This document shows positions 57,851-64,000 of a stretch of DNA of 64,000 nucleotides, piece by piece. The position numbers were made by a program, and so were the translations under genes. The DNA is from a bacterium (lineage in GTDB: Bacteria; UBA8248), in NCBI GenBank assembly GCA_965219955.1, contig OZ244799.1, positions 3,328,001-3,392,000 on the forward strand, read 5' to 3'. Under the pieces are notes generated by a model. That model made no database searches. It was not told where the DNA came from and saw nothing but the letters and a program-made list of their open reading frames with translations. The stretch's first letter is position 1; the number at the start of each line of letters is the position of its first letter.

Positions 57851-59305
57851 ATGACGAACCTGGAAAGAGACCTTTTCTCCCTCATCACGCTCGTCAGCAA
57901 CGTCACGGAAGCTTACTCCGCCTGCCTGTTCCTTGAAAACAAACGCCGCAAGACCTACCAGCTCACCACCTATCACAGCCTTAGCCCCTACATCCTCGCG
58001 GATGCTTCGGTCGATGTGGGCCAGGGCTTCATGGGTTGGGTTTTGGAGAACAACGAGCCGTTAAGCGTCAATCAATTCGACAAAGACACGCTCGTTCTCG
58101 GCTATTACAGCAGGAACGAGGATATCAAGTCCTTCATGGCGACCCCCCTGCCTTCTTCCATCAACAAGGGGGCGCTCGCCATCGACAGCAAAAAAAGCTG
58201 GTGCTTCACGTCCAGAGACCAAAAGATACTCGCGGGGTTCGCCCAGCAATTCGCCTATCTTGCAGACGGTGCCATGACGAGCGTTCAAATGGAACGACGC
58301 TCCATGAGCGTTCCCGCCTTCAGCAGATACCTGACCTCGCTTCGATCCAGCGAGAATGAAGGTCAATTGTTGAATGCGATATGCCAGGTACCGCGCGAGT
58401 TGCTTCCCTTCGACGCCTGCTTCCTCGTCCTCGTTGACGAGGAAGCAGGCTTCCCCCGCCTTGTCCGGACTTCCGGGTTCGGGGAACTCTTCCTGGGCGA
58501 AGTCACCATCAGTGAACGCGCAAGCCTGGCGGGGTATGTACTGAATAAAAAAGAAAGCTTAAGGCTCCCGGACCTGAAAGGGAAAAAAGGAACCAGACCA
58601 CTCTTCCATCATGATGAACCCCAGTTCGATGCGCGCTCCGCCGTGTGCCTTCCTCTCATCTCAAGAGGTGAAATTCTTGGTTGTCTGGGGTTCGCCAGCA
58701 AACATCGGGCGCAATTTGACGCATCTTCCGTTCAACGCGGAGAAATCATTGCCGGTATTGTGGCAGATGCAATCGCAAATCGGAAAAACGAGTTGCGCTG
58801 GCAAGCACGTTTGGAAATCGACACCCTCACCGGCGAACCGAATATACAATACCTGCATTCTCGTCTTCATGAAATTATCCGCGACGCAGAAACCAGGGGG
58901 CGCCAACTCGCGCTGCTCAGCATCGCTCCCGATGCTTCATCAGAATTCAAGGACATATCGCAGGAAGAGGTAATTCTTCAGCTCTCGAATTCGCTAAAAC
59001 AGTTCGCTACCGGAGATGATATTCTGGTGCGGCATGAGGGGCCCCGATTCCTCTTGTTATTGCAAGACTCCTCCCAGGAATATGCTGAAGCTGTGGCAGA
59101 ACGAATATTGAATGTCGTTGATCACACTCCCTTCTACTTCGGCGGAAAAGAGTTCGAAATCACGATTTCAATAGGTGCGGCATGTTTCCCTGAAACTGCG
59201 AGAAGCTCAAAACACCTTATCCAATCATCTCTTGAAGCACTCGGTTACGCTCAAAAAGGGGGCAGGATAAATCAACTTTGCTTTATGGGGGGAGATAGTT
59301 CATGA
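57851..59305 (+). CDS. GAF-GAF-degenerate GGDEF protein
   Basis: Two GAF domains (GQGFMGWV...SFMATPL; SLAGYV...SAVCLPL) and a C-terminal DTLTG...RHEGPRF...ITISIG. Confidence 0.85.
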   Translation: MTNLERDLFSLITLVSNVTEAYSACLFLENKRRKTYQLTTYHSLSPYILADASVDVGQGFMGWVLENNEPLSVNQFDKDTLVLGYYSRNEDIKSFMATPLPSSINKGALAIDSKKSWCFTSRDQKILAGFAQQFAYLADGAMTSVQMERRSMSVPAFSRYLTSLRSSENEGQLLNAICQVPRELLPFDACFLVLVDEEAGFPRLVRTSGFGELFLGEVTISERASLAGYVLNKKESLRLPDLKGKKGTRPLFHHDEPQFDARSAVCLPLISRGEILGCLGFASKHRAQFDASSVQRGEIIAGIVADAIANRKNELRWQARLEIDTLTGEPNIQYLHSRLHEIIRDAETRGRQLALLSIAPDASSEFKDISQEEVILQLSNSLKQFATGDDILVRHEGPRFLLLLQDSSQEYAEAVAERILNVVDHTPFYFGGKEFEITISIGAACFPETARSSKHLIQSSLEALGYAQKGGRINQLCFMGGDSS

Positions 59306-60339
59306 AATTACATTTTGTAAAGCGTCTCAGATCTTGGATGGGGCCCAACATCGCGATGGACCTGGGGACAGCGAATACTCTGGTTTACACAAAAAATGCT
59401 GGAATCGTTCTTGATGAGCCCTCTGTCGTCGCCTTGAACTCGAACAATGGAGGAGGTGTTCTCGCTGTAGGGAAAAAAGCCAAGGAGATGTACGGCCGGA
59501 CTCCAGATTCCATTCGGACAATTCGCCCCATGAAAGATGGAGTAATTGCGGATTTTGACGTAACCAAAGCAATGATACGCCATTTTGTCGGTACGATAGT
59601 GCCCAAAAGATCTTTCAGCCGACCTACAATGATGGTTTGTGTTCCCTCAGGAATCACCAGCGTTGAAATGAAAGCCGTAATTGATTCCGCCACCCAATGT
59701 GGGGCCGGCAAGGTCCATTTAATCGAAGAACCCATGGCTGCGGCCATCGGAAGTAAGCTACCCATCCATGAAATCGCCGGCTCCATGATTGTTGATATCG
59801 GGGGAGGAACGACCGAAATGGCCGTCATCTCTCAATATGCCGTTGCATATTCAGAATCCCTACGCATGGCGGGAGATGCAATGGACGAATGCATACAACG
59901 CCACATTAAAAGACACCACGGTTTATCGATCGGCTCATTCGAGGCTGAACGCGTTAAAATGGAAATTGGAGCGGCAGCTCCACTTACAGAGCCGCTTGAA
60001 ATGGAAATTTCTGGCGCAGATGTTTCCACAGGCATGCCCCGCACCATCAAGTTATCCGATGAATCAGTGCGAGAAGCTCTCGACGGTCCTGTAAAAGCCA
60101 TTGTTGAATCAATTCGAAAAGCGCTGTCCAAAACAAGCCCTGAACTCGCTTCAGACATTTACCGAAGAGGAATCGTTTTAGCAGGCGGCGGTTCACTCCT
60201 GAAAGGACTTGGGACCAGGCTCCATGAAGAAACGGGTCTCCCTATTTATAGAGTAAAAGACCCGCTAACCACAGTCGTCCGCGGTACTGGACACGTACTA
60301 GACCACTTAAAGGACTTCAAGCAAGTCTGTCTGAACTGA
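59302..60339 (+). CDS. mreB: Rod shape-determining protein MreB family actin homologue (stand-alone paralogue)
   Basis: DLGTANT, EPSVVA, RPMKDGVIADF, EEPMAAAIG, DIGGGTTE and LAGGG motifs. No mreC/mreD follows. Confidence 0.93.
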   Translation: MKLHFVKRLRSWMGPNIAMDLGTANTLVYTKNAGIVLDEPSVVALNSNNGGGVLAVGKKAKEMYGRTPDSIRTIRPMKDGVIADFDVTKAMIRHFVGTIVPKRSFSRPTMMVCVPSGITSVEMKAVIDSATQCGAGKVHLIEEPMAAAIGSKLPIHEIAGSMIVDIGGGTTEMAVISQYAVAYSESLRMAGDAMDECIQRHIKRHHGLSIGSFEAERVKMEIGAAAPLTEPLEMEISGADVSTGMPRTIKLSDESVREALDGPVKAIVESIRKALSKTSPELASDIYRRGIVLAGGGSLLKGLGTRLHEETGLPIYRVKDPLTTVVRGTGHVLDHLKDFKQVCLN

Positions 60340-60362
60340 TATTCAAGAGCACCACCCCCCCA

Positions 60363-60402
60363 ACCGGGGACCCGGCCCCATGCGCAATACCGGGTCCCCG
60401 GT
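60363..60402. terminator. 13-bp perfect stem-loop after mreB (no U-tract)
   Basis: ACCGGGGACCCGG...CCGGGTCCCCGGT. Confidence 0.5.
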
Positions 60403-60513
60403 CCCTTCCAGCAGAATGACTGTAGAGAGATTTTACTGTCACAAATTATCCGGTAGAATTAACATATATTTATTCTTGGTTTTTTAAACCTTTTGTTTCA
60501 ACAGGAAAGAAAA

Positions 60514-60786
60514 ATGACTTTCTCACAACAAGGCGATTCATACTCATTCGAAACATCCATAGAAGACATGAAACTAGTTTACAGGATCCTGCATCGCCAT
60601 ATCGGAGAGCACCTTGAGCTTATGGATAGTGCGTTCATGGATGAATTACAAATCGCGCTACAAAAAAAAGCTCAAAAAGAAGGAGTGGATATCGGCCATC
60701 ACGGTGCATGGGACTTATGGCTGGGTAACGATGCGACAACCCCATGTGAGGAACGTGTAAAAAAACGAAAAACATTCGATAGTTAA
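60514..60786 (+). CDS. Small hypothetical protein
   Basis: 90-aa ORF after AGGAAAG (…LVYRILH…HLELMDS…GVDIGHHGAWDLWLG). No family recognised with certainty. Confidence 0.65.
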   Translation: MTFSQQGDSYSFETSIEDMKLVYRILHRHIGEHLELMDSAFMDELQIALQKKAQKEGVDIGHHGAWDLWLGNDATTPCEERVKKRKTFDS

Positions 60787-61661
60787 CCCTCGCCTCCGAG
60801 ACGTAATTCCAATGATTGATTCAGAACTTCCATCACTATATCTGTAGGCATATCCACTCCCGTCCACATCTTCCAAGCAGCCGCTGCTTGATATACCAGC
60901 CAACCCGTTCCGCGAACAATTTGAGCACCAGCCCGTCTGGCTGCTTTCAGAAATGCCGTATCAGGAGGAATATAGACCGCATCCGAACAGATACAATCCT
61001 CAGGTATGGCGTTTTCGGGAATCGGGGTGGTCGCCATACGTTCGGTGTCTCCCCACATCCCGAGGCTTGTCGTATTCACGATAATCTCGCAACCTTCAGC
61101 CGCCGAATACAGATCGTCTAAGCCACCGCCATTTACCTTGGAAGAAGGAACGCTCTTCTCCACAAATTGCGCCAACTCCAATGCTTTGTCATATGTTCGA
61201 TTTCTAATATCTAGGTGAGCCGCTCCGCACTGGGCTATTTTGACGGCAATGGCTCTCGCTGCCCCTCCTGCACCCAAAACAAGACATTTCTTTTCCCTGG
61301 GATGCTCTCCCGTTGTTTCCTCCAAAAATCGGAGCCAACCGATACCATCCGTATTGTGGCCGACAAGATTCCCATCTTCTTCAAAAACTATCGTGTTTAC
61401 TGCACCCATCAAACGGGCATCTTCACTCAATTCATCCATGAGTTTGGCGACAGCCACCTTATGCGGAATCGTGATTGTGAGTCCGCGAAATCCCATCGCC
61501 TGGGCTCCTCGCACGGCTTCTTCCAAAAAATCCGGGTGCACTTCATAGGCCAGATAGTGATAATTCAAACCCAACACTTCAGCCGCTTTGTTGTGCAGTA
61601 CAGGTGATAAAATATGGCCTGCCGGATATCCAAGAACTCCCAATGGGATCGGATTTGGCAC
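60783..61661 (-). CDS. aroE: Shikimate dehydrogenase family
   Basis: LSPVLHN, TIPHK, GAVNT, GHNTDG, LGAGGAARA and NTTSLGM motifs. Confidence 0.9.
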   Translation of the reverse strand: MPNPIPLGVLGYPAGHILSPVLHNKAAEVLGLNYHYLAYEVHPDFLEEAVRGAQAMGFRGLTITIPHKVAVAKLMDELSEDARLMGAVNTIVFEEDGNLVGHNTDGIGWLRFLEETTGEHPREKKCLVLGAGGAARAIAVKIAQCGAAHLDIRNRTYDKALELAQFVEKSVPSSKVNGGGLDDLYSAAEGCEIIVNTTSLGMWGDTERMATTPIPENAIPEDCICSDAVYIPPDTAFLKAARRAGAQIVRGTGWLVYQAAAAWKMWTGVDMPTDIVMEVLNQSLELRLGGEG

Positions 61662-61866
61662 GAATGTTCTCCTTCACATTATTCCATCAAGTAATACAGC
61701 ATTCGTGATCAACTTGTAGCTATTAGAATATATACATAGACTAGATTTTTCGGAGCCTGTTCGCAATGGAAAGATTACCGCATCTCTTGAGGTGTTTGAG
61801 AGCCTGCAAAGCTCAACATTGCACAAAAAACCAGGCATCCACATACGCCACATATTTGAGGGCCTC

Positions 61867-64000
61867 ATGAATGAATTTAAGGTAGCTGGGAAAAATATCC
61901 CCAGATACGATCTGCCGGATAAAGTTGTGGGCACGGCAAAATTCGCAGCAGACGTCACTGCAGTGCAGCCCCTTGTTGGTTTAATTCTCAGAAGTCCACT
62001 ACCACACGCTCGTATCGTTTCTATAGACACGAAGGAAGCCAAAGAAATACCGGGCGTGCGGGCCGTGCTGAAAGGCAATGATTGCCCCCCTCACCTTTTC
62101 GGTCTTGAGATCAAAGATATGTGCTGGCTGGCTCGTGATGGGTATGTCCGATACATCGGAGACCCTGTTGCAGCCATTGCGGCTGAATCGATGGATGCCG
62201 CTCAAGCGGCGCTTGATTCTATTCAGGTGAACTATGAAGCCCTTGAACCTGTGGTGGACCTTTTGGAAGCGCGTGACGGCAAGGGTCCACTCGTACATGA
62301 AGATTGGGAAAAAATAGGCTTAGGTCCCAATGGGGAAGGGAATGTAATCGGTCGCTATGAAATGGCCATGGGCGATGTAGGCGCCGCTATGGAAAAAGCA
62401 GACCACACATTCGAACACACATTCCAAACCCCATACGCGCATTCTGGATATATCGAACCTCATGCCTGTACGGTGGAGCCGGGGGCCGATGGAAAAATCA
62501 CGATTTGGACAACAACGCAAGCACCCTTCGTCATCCGCGACCAAGTCGCAGCGGCTTTGGGGATTACGTTGACGAAAGTAAAAGTCATCCCCACGGAAAT
62601 CGGCGGTGGATTCGGGGGTAAGATTCATTCGTTTGTTGAACACATCATCGCATTGCTTGCTCTCAAAAGCGGGCGCACCGTGCGCCACGAGATGACGCGT
62701 GAAGACGATCATAACGGCGTCGGTCCCAGGCAAGGGTTACGAATACACTTAAAAACCGGAGTAACCTCTGATGGCAAAATTCTAGCTCGCGAAACAGATG
62801 TCATCGTCGACCACGGCGCATATGGCCCCGGCGCTCCGACGCAGGCGAGTTCCCGCATCCCGATGTTCACCAGCTGCTACAACATCCCTGATTGTTCGGT
62901 GACAATGGCGAGCGTCTACACCAACGGACCCATATGCGGCTCGGTGAGAGGACCATGCGGGCCCCAATGCTTCTTCGCAACAGAGGTACATCTGGACATC
63001 ATCGCGCGCGAACTAGGCATCGACCCCTTTGAAATCAGGAGAAAAAACGGCATTCGAAAAGGCGACACCGGCTTGTTCGGTACGCAAAAAGACGACGGCA
63101 TGCTCAAAGTTTTGGAAAGCACCGCCAAAGAAGGAAACTGGGGCGAGGCTATCGAAACGAATGTGGATTTGGAAGGTCCTGGGTGGAAGCTAGGTCGCGG
63201 CCTTGCCGTTAGTTTTTGGCGCGGAAGTGGCGGGGCTTCCGCGTGCACGGCGCGCTTAAATGCAGACGGTAGCATCCAGCTCCTCAGTGGCTCCGTGAAC
63301 CTTACGGGCGCAACAACCTCGATGTGCCAGATTGCCGCGGAAATGATGGATATCGGCTTTGGGCAAGTATCTTTTGACAGCGGCGATACCGACACCGCTC
63401 CGGAATCCATCCACGCGGCGGGCAGCATGCTGACCCGCTCAATGGGCGCCGCCGTGATTGTTGCCGTAGACAATTTGAAAGAAAAAATTCGAGGCGTAGC
63501 CGCTGAAAAACTTGAAGCCGACCCGGATGATTTAAAAATAGAAGGAGGGTGTGTATTTTCGATATCTACGCCCGAGCGCTCCATGTCATTGAGTGAAGTG
63601 GCGAAAGTGGCGCCAGGGATTTCAGGTTATATTATGGGCCAAGGTGAAACACAGACGCCGGCTTTTTGCCCCATCTACACGGCGCAAATCGCGGAGGTGG
63701 CCGTAAATCTGGATTCGGGTGAGGTTAAAATTTTGAGGCTGGTTTGTTCACAGGACGTGGGCTTCGCCATGAACCCTATTTCCGTCGTCGGCCAAATGGA
63801 AGGTGGGATGCTTCAGGGAATCGGTTTGGCTCTTCTGGAGGAACAGCCTCGAGACGAGGCCGGCAATATCTTTGGTGGAACTCTCCATGAATATCTTCTG
63901 CCCACCAGTCTGGATGTACCCGAGTTGAAAACCGTGATGGTTGAGAACAAGGCGGATGATACGCCTTACGGTATGAGAGGTGTCGGCGAACCGCCCATAC
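61867..64000 (+). CDS. Xanthine dehydrogenase/CoxL family molybdopterin-binding subunit, truncated by the window edge
   Basis: Not in the ORF track. MNEFKVAGKNIPRYD...RSPLPHARI...IGGGFGGK...SVRGPCGPQ...GQMEGG...GVGEPP, open to the window end. Confidence 0.92.
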   Translation, partial: MNEFKVAGKNIPRYDLPDKVVGTAKFAADVTAVQPLVGLILRSPLPHARIVSIDTKEAKEIPGVRAVLKGNDCPPHLFGLEIKDMCWLARDGYVRYIGDPVAAIAAESMDAAQAALDSIQVNYEALEPVVDLLEARDGKGPLVHEDWEKIGLGPNGEGNVIGRYEMAMGDVGAAMEKADHTFEHTFQTPYAHSGYIEPHACTVEPGADGKITIWTTTQAPFVIRDQVAAALGITLTKVKVIPTEIGGGFGGKIHSFVEHIIALLALKSGRTVRHEMTREDDHNGVGPRQGLRIHLKTGVTSDGKILARETDVIVDHGAYGPGAPTQASSRIPMFTSCYNIPDCSVTMASVYTNGPICGSVRGPCGPQCFFATEVHLDIIARELGIDPFEIRRKNGIRKGDTGLFGTQKDDGMLKVLESTAKEGNWGEAIETNVDLEGPGWKLGRGLAVSFWRGSGGASACTARLNADGSIQLLSGSVNLTGATTSMCQIAAEMMDIGFGQVSFDSGDTDTAPESIHAAGSMLTRSMGAAVIVAVDNLKEKIRGVAAEKLEADPDDLKIEGGCVFSISTPERSMSLSEVAKVAPGISGYIMGQGETQTPAFCPIYTAQIAEVAVNLDSGEVKILRLVCSQDVGFAMNPISVVGQMEGGMLQGIGLALLEEQPRDEAGNIFGGTLHEYLLPTSLDVPELKTVMVENKADDTPYGMRGVGEPPI

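Noticed and set aside
60457-60484. dif site
   Set aside because: AATTAACATAT resembles the XerD arm (9/11), but the XerC arm does not match.

Overview
GC-rich bacterial chromosome segment from a diderm organism. Gene content and style suggest a deltaproteobacterium/Nitrospinota-like lineage (inference only). Core genes are galU, ligA, the tolQRAB-pal-cpoB operon, slt-anmK, nagA, bioD, a class I FBP aldolase plus FBPase, an mreB paralogue and aroE. They are interspersed with transporters, amidohydrolases, a Fic gene, HigBA and HicAB modules and one intact IS256 (TIRs and a 9-bp TSD visible). The most unusual features are: (1) a GAF-GAF-degenerate GGDEF gene coupled to a stand-alone mreB, behind an AT-rich control region with tandem NrdR-type boxes, where base composition shifts; (2) an integrase-free ~10.6-kb island bounded by diverged copies of the 3' end of an RraA-family gene, with a nested hicAB islet bounded by a duplicated dppC 3' end; (3) two TCCCC-N6-GGGGA palindromes each centred at -42.5 of a sigma70 -10 element around a PAS-LuxR gene; (4) intergenic mosaics of several REP-like palindrome classes enclosed by IS-like terminal repeats; (5) a histidine pseudokinase and a DctP without a signal peptide. 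No rRNA, tRNA or CRISPR array was seen. All calls come from motif recognition by eye, without database searches.
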